Source: Vicugna vicugna
Taxonomy: Eukaryota
Length of the DNA: 64,000 bases
Reading direction: 5' to 3'
NCBI GenBank assembly: GCA_013265495.1
Contig: MU058423.1
Span: 1,999,061 to 2,063,060, forward strand
Positions within the stretch are counted from its first letter, which is position 1; each line of letters begins with the position of its first letter. The notes below the pieces were generated by a model, which was given only the letters and a program-made list of their open reading frames with translations, was not told where the DNA came from and did not search any database. Both the position numbers and the translations under genes were made by a program. Below are positions 39,456-52,171 of this stretch, in pieces.

Positions 39456-40766
39456 ATGGTTTGGGAGACAGCCAGGAAATGGTGGGACAGTGGTCCAGAG
39501 GGTGGTAGATAGTAGATTAAGGGATGGGGTGGCAGTAACAAGGGCATGATGAGGATGATGGGGCGGTAGACCAGAAATACAATAGAGCTCACTGGACCCC
39601 TAAGTCATCCCACCTTCCCCAGGAGTTTCCCTGAGTTGGGTGCTAAGGACCTATTCCTTATAGAGGCCAACTTGCTGGGACTCTTTTCTGCCTTCCCTGA
39701 GGTCTCAGGTCCTCAGATGCTCTTCTGCCGCTCCCTCCCTTGGGGTTTCTCTCTCCTTCAACTTGGCAGAGAACTAGAACACCCTCCCCTCCCACCCTAC
39801 AGCCACCAAACACAGGCACCCAGACTCTGAAGGGTTTGTGGGTCTGGCTTTGCAAGCACAGTGGCCTGGGCATGAAGCTGAGCTGAGTTCCCCACTAGCG
39901 GTGCATCTGAACATATAATTAACCACTCTGAGCCTCAGCTTCTGAGAAATGGGGGAAAAATGAGAACTGACCTTCTGTGATTGTCTAGTAGGTTAACGTT
40001 TATAAAGCTGTTCAAACACAGCACTCACTAAATGATGGCTTAAAATACCTAGAGCCCTCTAATCATCACAGGGAAGGGATAATAAAAAGAATAAATGTGG
40101 GGAAGTTACACAAGAACCAGATTCTTTCAAAGCTCTTGCTCCCAGCCATTACCCTTCTTTTAGAAATAATGGAAACCATCATCCCCACAGTTCACTTTTG
40201 TACCAGAGAGTGGAGCTCACTAAATCACCTTTCCTCCTTCCTTCCCTTCCTTTCCCAGCACTGCTTTATCCAGTGTTAGCCCAGAACATGAGCTACAGAT
40301 CAGAGTCTACCCACCCCCTGGAGCCAAGTATGCAGTGTGCATCTTAGGGAGACCACAAGGTAGGAGGCTCTTCATTTATTCAACAAACTTTTATTGAGCT
40401 GCTCCTGTGTATCCTGGGGATAGACTAGTGAATGAAACAGACATGTCCTCGCCCTCATGGAACTTACAATCTAGCTGAAGGTCTCATCCCCTGGCCTCTC
40501 CCAACTGCTGCTGCCATCTTCAGTTGAATGGTTCAGAGACTGGGATGGCAAATTGATTAAAATGAGAATGCCAGCTCTGACCAGTCAGAAGTGGCTTTGC
40601 TATGTTTAGCCGTGCTCCAGTTTCATGGTGAAAAGTTTTGTGATTGATTAGTGATGTCTGCCATGGGTGCAGGGGGGAGAAGAGGTACCATGTGTGCCAT
40701 TAATATTCACATTGAACATTTTCTTGCAGTCTAAATTCTGGCATAAGAGCTCACAGTTTGAATCTT

Positions 40767-40953
40767 TCTTTTCTTTTTTTTTAAATTGAAGTATAGTCAG
40801 TTTATAATGTTGTGTCAATTTCTGGTGTACAGCATAATGTTTCAGTCATACATATACATATATATTCCTTTTCATATTCTTTTCATTATAGGTTACTACA
40901 AGTGATTAAATCTAGTTCCCTGGGCTCTACAGTAGAAATTTGTTGTTTATCCA
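40767..40953 (-). mobile_element. L1 3'UTR, very short
   Basis: Same 3'UTR type as 5671; TSD tcacagtttgaatctt (40751-40766) / tcatagcttgaatctt (40954-40969). Confidence 0.9.
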
Positions 40954-41540
40954 TCATAGCTTGAATCTTGATGCTCTCTTTAAGACTGTGAATCCAAGTC
41001 TCCAGGGAGAAGTGAAGAGCTTGAGTCCCCAGCTCCAGGGAAGGTAAGACTTCAGAGCGGGCAGATCTAAGTCCCAAAGGAGGAAAGAAATGGACTTGAG
41101 ACAGTGAAGTAAGATTGCAGTCCTGGATCCCTGGCAGGCATAGCTGACAGACAGGATCAGAGTTCACCAGATAATGAGAGAAATCTGGCATTGAGCAAAG
41201 TCCAGTGACCAGTGATAACCTGGTGGACTTTTGGAGTGATGCCATCACGGACTCTGTCCCCCATCAAGCTTCCCTAGCTCGAAACACCCTCCTTGATGAT
41301 GAATGTTCTGCTGATGCTGGGGTGACAGATAAGATGTCAGCAGATGGCCCTGGGTCTGCTTGGCCAAGAAAGTGAGCCCCAAGAGGTAGGAACAGAAGCA
41401 GGATGCCCTCCTGGAACCTTGGGCCTTGTCATCAGCACTCTGAAGGTCCCAATTACACATGCTCACATGAGTTTTTAACACTCATGCAAAAGGGCAGATA
41501 TTCTTATAGCCTGAAGGTAACTTACAGATCATCTACTCTG

Positions 41541-41731
41541 GAGTTTCTCAACCTTGACACTATTGACATTTTATTCAAATAATTATTTTGTTGTGAGGGG
41601 CTGTCCTATGCATTGCGGGATGTTTGGCAGCATCCATGGAAGCCAATAGCCCTATTTCACACTGTTACAACCAAAAATATCTCCAGTTGCTGCCAAATGT
41701 CCCTGGGGAGCAAAGTCATCCCTAACCACTG
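41541..41731. mobile_element. MER20 hAT-Charlie element
   Basis: 'tttctcaaccttgacactattgacattt...gggctgtcctatgcattgcgggatgtttggcagcatcc...acaaccaaaaatatctccag..tgccaaatgtccctgggg..aaccactg'. Confidence 0.9.
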
Positions 41732-44614
41732 ACTCAAATTACTTCAGTGTATGAATAAAGAAACTGAAGTCCAAAGAGGTGGGCTGCCCAAAGAAACTTT
41801 GGTTTGTTCTTTGGCGAATCTCCCTGGGGAAGTCTTTCCAATACCCACCACACAGAGGTTGCTCCCCATTCCAACCTTCTTGGGATCTGGTTTGGAACAA
41901 AATGTACCAGGCTCTAGAGATGGAAACACTGTGACTCTCAGCTCCCATGGCAGTGCTGCTGGTTGAACGTCAGGCTTTATAGGTCTTGGTATCAAAGGGA
42001 AATGAAGGACCTAGGTTTCATCAGAAGGGACCCCAAGGTAGTAGTAGATGAGCTATTTTAAGGGCAGATAAGGTGACAGACTAGGATATTTGGCAGGCTG
42101 TCAGGGTTTCACCAATAGATCTTATTTTCCTTTTCTCTTAAAGAAAAGAACATCCTTCTGTTAATTTGTTAGAGCCCAGAGTTGCCCGTAGCTTTAAAAG
42201 TGGCACAGGGAATAGCATTACATTTCTATTATCTTCCTAATGCAGGCATCAAGACCTGCTTCCGCTATGCTATTTCACATTTCCAACTAAAAAGCAAGCA
42301 ATTTCAAAGGCATTTTGCTGGCCCTGAACATTTTTTAATGATGTGTTCTTTCTTGACTTCACTTATAATATCACCCCTATCAAGTGAGTCTAGCCCCGGT
42401 GATTACTGAAATAGTTGAAGGAGATGGCTAAACTTAGATTTTGCCAGCGTTGGGGGTGGCAGATGATGCTGAAAGCAGAGGCTTCAGAAGAAAAGGACAG
42501 TTTACAGTCCTCTGCAATTTAGTTAAACTTGAGTCTCTAACTAATTAAAAATGTGTGAGCAGTATTGGTAAATACACGGGACCCAGGTCTCAGCGCCGTC
42601 GAGAGCTTACTGGGCGAACTGCCTGTGATCATCTCACTTTTACAGCTTTCCCCCTGCAGCTCCGTGTTTGTCAATCTTCAGTTTGTTTTTGGCTTGGTGA
42701 CATGATGCACCATTTCTGCGAGAGATATGAGGCTGTTGGGGCTGTTAGGACACTTGTTTTTATGCTGTGATGAATACAAAGTCTCCTGCCTGAAGATGCT
42801 GCTCTCATATTTAGATGCACTAGAGGACTAATTCAGGTCAACTAACCTCCCAAGGGATTGATGGTAAATCAGAATTGTCTTGAGAAATGTGGCTCCCCAG
42901 CAGCCTGGAATCTGTTGTTTGGATGGTATTGAGGCAGAATGCAGGGGCAGGAGGTTGGTTTATGCTTCTGATGGTCAATATTCATGCCACAGGAGCCGGG
43001 TACGTACATCTCTGCCCTCGAATTCCTGCCAAGGAGTCCAGGTACCCATGGGGGTTGGTCAGGGCTCCCTTGCCCTCTGACAGAGTTAGAAACATTGATG
43101 TTCATTGGCTCTTGTTTGCCTGCACACAGTGAAAGTCTCCTCATTTCTACTAACTCGTTCTCCATGTATACAGTTCATAAAGCATACATTCAGTTCTGAA
43201 TGACATTTGAATCCTGGGAGTGTCTCAGGTTCTCCCTACAACTTGTTAGATTCTTAATTCTGGTGACTGCCTCAGAAAACTTAGAGCATCGGATGAGCTT
43301 TGGAACAACTGGGTTTGCTACTGGCTTGATCTCCCAGGTGAGTGGCTTTATCTGCACGTCCTAGGGCACTTCTTAAACACCACTCACACACACCCAGAGG
43401 GCATGTGCTTTGAGTTCTTTCCCCGACAGGGGTTTGAATGGTTTTAACCACCTTCCTTACCTCTATGTGGTCTCCTTTTGTGACCCACTAGCACATATTT
43501 CCAAGATTAGCTGGTCAGGGCCAGGGGCACTGTCAGTGGACATTGAGAAGCAACAATGTTCAAACCTATGCCTAGACCCTCTGGTCAATTCTCCAATCAC
43601 TTCCTGAGTGCTGGGCTCAGCAGGAGTCTCAGCAGGGGGACGAGAGATGACAACTCAGGGTCCCTGTCCTTTCTGGACTCTTCATTTCATAGACAAGACT
43701 GACATAGAGATGGATAACTCTCGCAGGAGGCAGACCCTAATAAAGGCCTAGTTGCAGCACCAGCCAAGTGCTAGTGTGTTTGTCTCCCTCACTCAACTTT
43801 GAGAAGAAACTGTGTCTTTATTTCTTGGTTTCCTTAGCACCAAGCCCAGAGTCAGGCCCACATTTGTGCACAATAAATATTTGTGGAATGAATGAAGGGA
43901 TCAGTCAAGGAAACACAGAGCGCTTTCTGTCTAGGGACCAAGTCAAGTCGATGAAAGACACTTTCCATCACTAACTAGATGTCCTCTTTCAGCTTCCAGG
44001 CTCCTTTTCTCTCGGAAACCTTCTCTGCAGTTATAGAAGTGGGGCTCTCCTACTTCCTCTTCTCGCTCAGCTCCTTAACGGTCTTTCATTCTGCCAAGAC
44101 AATTGTCATGGGAACTGTAGAGACTCAGACACCACCACCAACCCCAGGGCTATCCCTTGGAGATTTGAGAATGATCATTTTTATAATACATAAAATCAGA
44201 TGACATGAAGATAAAGGCATCTTAGGATGGGTTTCCTGGATACAAAGGATGGAAAAGCACTCATGCAAGCCAAAATAAAGGAGGTAATTGTTGTAAGGTT
44301 ACAATGCAGCTCATAGAAATAAAGTACAGCTCAGTCTCCTGGAAGTTGGATCTGGGAAATCTAAACTCTTAGAGCTCAAGGTAGAGCCTCTCTTTGATTC
44401 TCTTTCTTGAGTTTTCATGGTGCCTTGTCTATTTATATGTGGGTGCCATTTTCTTCTCTTCAGCTTGCTCAAGAAGCATCTCTGTTCCCTGATAACTTCA
44501 GCTTGTGGTTTCTGGGTGAAGTGCCCACCATAATCTTTAAATTTTATTGAGTTCTGGCTCTGTAGCACTTACTTCAAATTCTTCAGAGGGTGTATCTGAT
44601 TGGTAACTGACCGG

Positions 44615-45473
44615 TGATGGGGTTCAGGGCAAGCTGCCCTCAAATATGCCACTTTGATGTACTATTTTGAATTAAAGCTATTTAAGCAGCCACAGCAAGA
44701 AGCACTCTAACCCTCCTTGGCCCCCTGAAAGCAGAAATAAGCATCCTCCTTGTACCAGGAGGTAGAAGGCATCCTTATCACGAGAGACGGGGAATTTAGG
44801 GCTGAGAAGATTGTACAGGTATCCTCCATTTTTGGGAAGTTTACTACACCACCTCACTTTTATGAAAGACCTACATTTACATCTGTTTTTACTAATGGAA
44901 ACAAATCCAAAGATTTTATAAAAATGTGTGAGAAGCAAAAACAGCATTCAGCAATTGTTCAACAGTGGGCTGGTTACAGAGGTAGCGTGCACCCCAAGTT
45001 CCTCCCCCAAGAACCACATTCAGCATCTCAGCATCAAGCTGCCAATGCTTTGAACTGTGTCCGTGAGCTTCTGGGCTTTATCTCCATTTATTTTGTGTAT
45101 TTGTTAGCAAGATGTGTCCTAAGGTAATTGCTTCTTTGCTTTATATCATTTCAGCTTAGGAAAGGTTTCACAGGAACACCCTACTTTTGGATAGCTGGGG
45201 GTTCCTGAATGAAAAAACTTTGTTAGCCCTTCACCAATTTACTACCCCAAGCCCAGACTTCTTCGTCTTGTCAATTCCTGACAAATTTATTGTTTCTTTG
45301 TCTAAAAGCTATAAAATCTGCCTGCCTTGGTCACTTCTTTGAGTCTCATATTTCTATGAGCACCTGTATGTACAAAATTAAAGTATATTTTTTCCTGTTA
45401 GTCTTCTTGTGTCAGTTTAATTAAGAGGTCACCCCAAGAACCAAGAAGGGGAAAGTTGTCCTACCCGGCAACA
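44615..45473 (+). mobile_element. MER34-like ERV1 solo LTR, interrupted by a Tigger and inserted in an old MLT1-like LTR (~44200-45600)
   Basis: 'caaatatgccactttg..tattttgaattaaag', ATTAAA at ~45377, ends 'gaaggggaaagttgtcctacccggcaaca'; flanks carry MLT1K/L-like 'tctgattgg' and 'ccaatcagctgt..aatatggcagc'. Confidence 0.7.
44816..45207. mobile_element. Non-autonomous TcMar-Tigger element (Tigger1a_Art/Tigger2a-like)
   Basis: TA|CAGG...CCTG termini with degenerate TIRs; internal 'gaaagacctacatt', 'cagcatctcagcatcaagc', 'gttagcaagatgtgtcctaaggtaattgcttc'. Confidence 0.75.
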
Positions 45474-47426
45474 GCCGATAGGTAGTTCAACATCAAGGGA
45501 GGATCTGATTCTGGGCCAATCAGCTGTAGCTGGGGGATCACATGGGACAAATATGGCAGCTTGAGCCTGTCCCTTCAGTAGGGTTTGTAGAACAAGGCAG
45601 ATCTCAGGGAGAGGGAGAGGGAGAGAGAGAGAAATCCAGGTACCTCAGAAAAAAAAAAATGTTACATCAGTTTTGAGGTCATCAAAGGGCCCCACTTTAG
45701 GGAAAATCATGGCCAGAAAAAGAGGTATGTCTGGGTCATGGTGTTGACAATTTAGAGGAACATAGGGTAATATTGTGTGGTGTAGGCTTCAGGTCACTCT
45801 TAGCCTTTTATGTGTGAGCAGAGCCTCCTCCTCCACTGCCAGCTGCCTCCCTGAGTCACTGTACAACTGTCAGCGAGAGGGAAGACTCCCGAAGCATGTG
45901 GCAGGGACAGTCTCCTCCCCCATCCCTTAACCCACCCCCCTTCTGCCATACCCTAAACTAGAAACAACCCCACATGGTCGTCTGCTTTCTGGCAAAACTG
46001 GGCCTAAATATTTCCAGGAACAGCCAGCCCTTTTTTTTGTTGGAATGTCCTCTAAAAGGGAGAAACTGTCCCCTTGCACCACATTCTTAGGCTTAAACTC
46101 CTGTAGTCACAAGCTAGACAAGTGCAGGTATTTGGGGAAGAAATGAGCCAATCCAAACAGATCTAGGCGAAAATGAGTTTTGCTTTCCATTTTTAGCTTT
46201 TTGCTCTTTAGGAGAGGTTTCTCTAGACTAGATTTTCCTGATGAACTGCCAGGTTTCTTGATTCAAAACTCTCTAAAGAGTCCAGAGATCTAGGTTCCAG
46301 TTTTCTCTCTACTACTTTAGCCATGTGACCAGGGGCAAGACCCTTCCCCACCCTCGGCTACAGATTCTTCACTTCTAGGAGAGAGAATCTGGAGTAGGTG
46401 ACTTTTATCTTCTTTTCTTCTTGACCATCTGTGACCCAGCCATTACCAGTGCACGCATCAGCACTCAGCATCCTCACCTCTCTGGGAATATGCCCTGAAC
46501 CCACAGCCACCCCACCTCTGCAGGTTTAACTGTTCTCTTCACTTCGCTCAATTTCTCTGGCGCTTGGGTGGCCTTTGACCCTTGCCAGCTTGCACAAGGG
46601 GATCGGAATGCCCTTGACTCTGGAGAGTCATTTGTTGCTTTGTTTTTCTGCCATATCTCCCCTCCTCCAGGATTGTGGTCCTCAGCATCCCTCTGTTTGA
46701 CCCTGCACCTTCCTGTAAAGATCCTTCAGGAGGGTTCCATTCAGCTTCCCAGAGTCTCCACCTACTGACAGGCTGAACTTCCACATCAGTAGACTCCTCC
46801 ATTGTCCCAGAGTGTGTAACTCTGAAACTGGGGTCACCGCAGAGCCTGTCTGCCGAGGATGAAGAAGGCATAGTGGCTGCCAGGCTGGGCCAGGCGTCCT
46901 GCAGTCAGGTCCTCAGGGCCCTGATTAGCTGCTGCTCTCTGATATCATGTGAGTGGGTTAGAGGACCCAGGCTTGCTCTGGCAGGCAATCCCTTCCACCT
47001 TGCAGCCTTGGGTCCCCGTCATAGAGTGCTTCTGCTTGTCTTCCTGGTCCTGAGCGCCCCCATAGCCATTTCTCTTGGAGTTCATTTGCTCCCACTCCCA
47101 GTTTGAGCTCAGACCCTCCAAAGAGCAGCTTGTTTCACTAAAGAAGCCCGGAGCCACAGTGTGTGATAACTCACAGGACTCACTGTGAGCCTGTAGTTTC
47201 AGGGTCATCAGGCTTTTGGGCTGCCTCACTCTCAGTCCACCTGAGATATCAGTATACCCTCACCCAACTCCTTGGTTTTGGTTTGAACTTTCCAGGCAGA
47301 AGCACCTGTCCTTCATAACAGTTCCTTCTTCATCCCACAGTCCTCATATCTCCCCAGTGCTCATCCTCCAGGGGAGCCATCTGGTACTGGGGAGAAGGCC
47401 CTCTCTACCTTCAGTTTATTCTCTAA

Positions 47427-48498
47427 AGAAGAAGAAAACCTACGGAATGGGAGAAAAATTTTGCAAGTGAAACCGACAAAGGCTTGATCTCCAAAATATA
47501 TAAGCAGCTCATACGACTCAATAAGAAAAAAATACACAACCCAATCCAAAAATGGGCAGAAGACCTAAACAAGCAATTCTCCAAGGAAGACATACAAATG
47601 ATCAAAAAGCACATGAAAAAATGCTCAATATCACTAATTATCAGAGAAATGCAAATCAAAACTACAATGAGGTATCACCTCACACCAGTCAGAATGGCCG
47701 TCATTCAAAAATCCAAAAATGACAAATGCTGGAGAGGCTGTGGAGAAAGGGGAACCCTCCTACACTGCTGGTGGGAATGCAGTTTGGTGCAGCCACTATG
47801 GAAAACAGTGTGGAGATTCCTCAAAAGACTAGGAATAGACTTACCATATGACCCAGGAATCCCACTCCTGGGCTTGTACCCAGAAAGAAATCTACTTCAG
47901 GATGACACCTGCACCCCAATGTTCATAGCAGCACTATTTACAATAGCCAAAACATGGAAACAACCTAAATGTCCATCAACAGGTGACTGGATAAAGAAGA
48001 AGTGGTATATTTATACAATGGAATACTACTCAGCCATAAAAACCGACAACATAATGCCATTTGCAGCAACATGGATGCTCCTAGAGAATGTCATTCTAAG
48101 TGAAGTAAGCCAGAAAGAGAAAGAAAAATACCATATGAGATCGCTCATATGTGGAATCTAAAAAACAAAAACAAACAAACAAACAAAAACAAAGCATAAA
48201 TACAGGACAGAAATAGACTCATGGACAGAGAATACAGACTTGTGGTTACGGGGGGGGGGGCAGGGTAGAGAGTGGGAAGGGATAGACTGGGATTTCAAAA
48301 TTGTAGAATAGATAAACAAGATTACACTGTATAGCACAGGGAAATATACACAAAATGTTATGATAAATCACAGAGAAAAAAATGTGACAATGAGTGTGTA
48401 TATGTCCATGAATGACTGAAAAATTGTGCTGAACACTGGAATTTGACACAACACTGTAAAATGATTATGAATCAATAAAAAATGTAAAAAAAAAAAAA
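47427..48498 (+). mobile_element. Young L1, 5'-truncated (~1.07 kb): open ORF2 C-terminus, 3'UTR, polyA
   Basis: Frame open 47427-48161 (RKPTEWEK...[19 protein letters not shown]...SLICGI*), containing the ORF2 C-terminal Cys-rich motif; G-tract 3'UTR, AATAAA and A tail. Confidence 0.97.
47484..48161 (+). pseudogene. L1 ORF2p C-terminal fragment (225 aa; no EN or RT domain)
   Basis: Translated ORF matches the mammalian L1 ORF2 C-terminus ([36 protein letters not shown]). Confidence 0.95.
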
Positions 48499-48864
48499 AG
48501 AATGAGGCTATTGCACAGGCAGCATCTTAAGAGAAGGGGACTAGAGAGGAGACTGTGTGGATGACTTGACTTCAAGAAGGGGTGAGGAAGAGATAGACCA
48601 GGTACTGCCCTGTCACTGGAGGGGAGATGGTCAAATCACAGTGTTTTCCAGGTGTGAGTGATGGAGCATCAATAGCTCTGTCCTCTAGAAACTGCCAAGC
48701 AACCTGGAAAGTGTTCATTCATTCATTCAAGTAATAAAGATTAACCGAGCTCCTCCCCTGATGTATTCTGTGTAGGCAAGGTTGAAATAAACAGATTCCA
48801 TCTCCTGCCATCTAAACTGCCACTTGAGGTAAAGAAACACAGAAATCAATCATTAAAGTACCAT

Positions 48865-49570
48865 GTAGCTCATCTTTAGAATGGGAGGAGATGGGCTGGG
48901 GAAACTGGCAATACCTCATACTGGTAAGGGTGTGGAGAAACTTGATCTCTCACATTTTGCTGGTAGAAATGCAAAATAATACAGCCACTTCGGAAAACAG
49001 TTTGGCAGTTTCTTAAAAGTTAAATATATGCTTACTTTACAGCTCAGAAATCCCATTCCTAGGTATTTACCCAAGAAAAATGAAAGCATATGTCCACATA
49101 AAAACCTCTACATGAATATTTATAGCAGCTTTATTCATAATTGCCTAAAAACTGGAAACAACCTAAATGTCCTTCAACTAGTGAATGGATACACGGAACT
49201 GTGGTACACCCATACTTTGGAATACTATTTAGCATTAAAAAGGAATGGATTTCAGATACATGCAACAACATGGACGAATCTCAAAAAGACTATGCTGAAT
49301 ATAAGAAGCCAGGCTTCAGATCCTATTCATGTAACATTCTGGAAAGGGCAAAATAGAGGGAAAAAATAAAAACCCCCAAGACTGGTGGTTGTGGGAGACT
49401 GGGGGTGGGAGGCGTGGTCAACTACAAAGGTGTATGAGAAAAGCTTTTGGGGTGATGGAATTATTCTTGATTGTGGTGATGTTAACACAATCGTTTGCGT
49501 CTGTCAAAAATCAGAACCATACACTAAAAAGGGTGGATTTTACTTGTGTAAATTATACTCTGATAAAAAC
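48865..49570 (+). mobile_element. Old L1 (L1MC/L1ME-like) 3' fragment
   Basis: Frameshifted ORF2 end ([28 protein letters not shown] in different frames) and old-type 3'UTR ending 'aattatactctgataaaa'. Confidence 0.85.
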
Positions 49571-49820
49571 GACTAGAAAAAAATATATGGTTTACTCTGC
49601 TTTAGGAAGGCCAAGGGGGTGTTTGCTTTCTCAGAAAGTGGCCCTTTCCTGGAGGTGAGGTATATGGGAGTGTAGTGGGGAGGATTAAAAATGGCAACTG
49701 AACTTAGAGGGTCACATCCTGCTAAAAAGAAGAGAACAAGGTAGTGGCTAAGGGCATGGCCAATTCTAAGAGAGGCTGCAATGAAGTTTCACCATTCAGG
49801 CAAGGAAGCATGAGCCAGAT

Positions 49821-49888
<68 letters not shown>

Positions 49889-49891
49889 TTC
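49821..49891. repeat. (TTTC)n microsatellite
   Basis: About 70 bp of near-perfect TTTC units. Confidence 0.97.
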
Positions 49892-50012
49892 TTGGTGGGG
49901 GAGGGGGGTAATTAAGATCATTTATTAATTTTTAATGGAGGTGCTGGGGATTGAACCCAGGACATCATGCATGCTAAGCATGTGCTTTACCACTGAGCTC
50001 TACCTTCCCCCT
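49824..50012 (-). mobile_element. tRNA-Ala(AGC)-derived SINE with expanded (GAAA)n tail
   Basis: Reverse complement of 49936-50011: gagctcagtggtaaagcacatgcttAGCatgcatgatgtcctgggttcaatccccagcacctcca; TSD gagccagattct (49812-49823) / gagcaagattct (50015-50026). Confidence 0.9.
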
Positions 50013-50889
50013 AGGAGCAAGATTCTAAATATATTTAGGAATGTGTTAATGTGGGGGTGTGGGGGGGGGCCGTGGTAGTATCTGGAATGTACGAATTCAG
50101 AAAGGACCCTTGTCCATAAGCTGTAGGAAGATAAGGACCAGCCTTGGATCAGATGAACCCATGTGTGAGAGCACAGCACTAGGCCAGAAACGTACTTCCA
50201 TGCCTCAGAGCTTACCATCACTTCAAAGAAAAGCCCTAGACAGCACTGCAGTGTAAACAGCGAACAAGCAAACACGAGATTCTTCCACGTCAGAATGGAG
50301 CAAAGATGTTGCCCCCCTCCCCACCCAGGCAGCCTGCAGCCCCGCTCAACCCCAGCCCCTCCCGACTAACCCCTCAGCTCCCAGAAAGCTAGTGCCCGTC
50401 TTCCCGGCAAAGCCCCCCTGGCATGGCTGCCTGAGCCAGCGGCAGCCAAACGAGGGATGAGGCGCAGCCCTCCCCGGGGGCGCTGCCCGCTGAGGCCTGT
50501 GGGCGGCTTGCTGGACGGAAGCTGCGGAGGCCTCTCAGGCCGCCCTGCTTTGTTTTGCTGCAGGCCCCTTGGCAGACGCTGTTGGCTTGGCCTGCCCAGC
50601 AAGCCAAGGAGAGAGATGGGGGTGCCCCGGGGGAACTAACCAGGTGACAGTGAGGGGACCTCGGAAGGAGCAGAAGCCCCTGTGAGAACAGTGCATCAAG
50701 GTCTGGGGCCCTCAGGGGCTGGAATGCATGACTTCAAGTCTCCCCTGGTAATCAGGTCCTTTGAGGGTACAAATGCCAAGGACTTCATGGGGAGAGTTGG
50801 GGCCCATTACCCAGAGTGAATTTTAGCGAAGGGGCCAATCAGAGCCAGGAATAGCAGCAACAGCTTTGGCAGCCATAGCTGAGGGCAGA

Positions 50890-51100
50890 GACTGGAGCTG
50901 GGCTGCGTGAGTTCAGGTCCCAGCCCTGCCACTTACCGGTTCTGGGCCCCTAGGGCCACTAGGCACGTTGTTTAATGCGTCTGAGTCTCCATTTCCTCAT
51001 TTGCAAAATGGGGACAGTCACAGTACCCACCACCCAGGGTTGCCAGGGAGACAGATGAGTTATCCTGAGTAAAGTGCTTAGAGCAAGCCTGGCCGGGAGT
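50890..51100 (+). mobile_element. MIR SINE
   Basis: 'gagttcaggtcccagccctgccacttacc...ctgagtctccatttcctcatttgcaaaatgggac...taaagtgcttagagc'. Confidence 0.8.
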
Positions 51101-52171
51101 AAGGACACAGTAAGGGTCATCCACAAAGGATGGCGATGTTTACGGAGGCATTCCAAGCACGTTGTGGGGTTGGACTTCCTTGTGGGACCGGGTTTGTTCG
51201 GCACTGCCAGCCTCCCTCCTCACTCAGACCTCCAGGGTGCAGCTTCAGCCCCACAGCTTCGAACATCTCAACGTCTGTTCACTGGGAATCTAGATGACAC
51301 AAAGCCTAATCAGCTACTACCTTTCTTGCTCGTTATTTCTCCCTCTGGTTCACAGGCTGGTGGGGAATTGAGTGAATTGTACATCAGCACAAGAGTGACT
51401 GCTCAACGGTGCTCCTTCTGGCCTTATGCAGAACTCAGGAGCCTGTCCCCGCCCCGCCCCCGTCCCCGCCCCTGACCCCACAGCCTAGCATTGTGATGTT
51501 TTCAGGAGGAGAGAGTCTAGTTTGGGCAGAACCTAGCCTGTCCTACCCAGCTCCCAAGGCCCCTCTCCTGGCTCTGAGCTCTTCTCTGGAGCCTAGAACC
51601 GACTTCTTAGTGCCAAACAAAAGGTGATATCTCCTTGGGCTCTCTCCCCAAACCAGTGAGGGTTAATATTTTGACATAAGCATATAATCCAAGGAGCTTC
51701 AAGCAGCCAGGAGTACAGAAGGAGGGGGTGACCACACCCTGTGCTGCCTGGGGAGAGGGGCCCAGATGAGTGTCTTGGACAGCCTTCTCTAAAAGCCCCT
51801 TCGGGCTCTTTCAGCTTTTTCCCTTTCATCGTTTTCCAGATGGCTAAGGGCTGTCCCCTGGGTGGGATGGCTTTTTTCCCCCCTTCCTGCTGCTGGAGAC
51901 CCATCAAGCCTGAGCATTCTCCTGTTTACTTATCAGCCACTTCCAAACTGTTTTCCAAGGCCTCCAGTGTAGGACGAGCCTAAACACTACAAAGGAGAGA
52001 TTTTTCTGGGTATTTTCAAAGATTGTGGGGGAAGGCACAGAGTGAAAGAAGTTCTAGTATGCTATCAACAAATTATATTTGGGTATTTCTTTTTTTTCTT
52101 TTTTTTTTTCTTTCCACATCCCTATTAGAATTCCAACCTGCCTCGTTACATTAAGGGCAATGTAAGAAAGA

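Noticed and set aside
47484..48161. Longest ORF (225 aa) as a host gene
   Set aside because: It is the truncated C-terminus of L1 ORF2, starts at TTG, and is followed by an L1 3'UTR and polyA
49936..50011. tRNA-Ala(AGC) gene (also 25355-25432)
   Set aside because: Stem mismatches, A-rich tail and TSDs indicate SINE copies rather than functional tRNA genes
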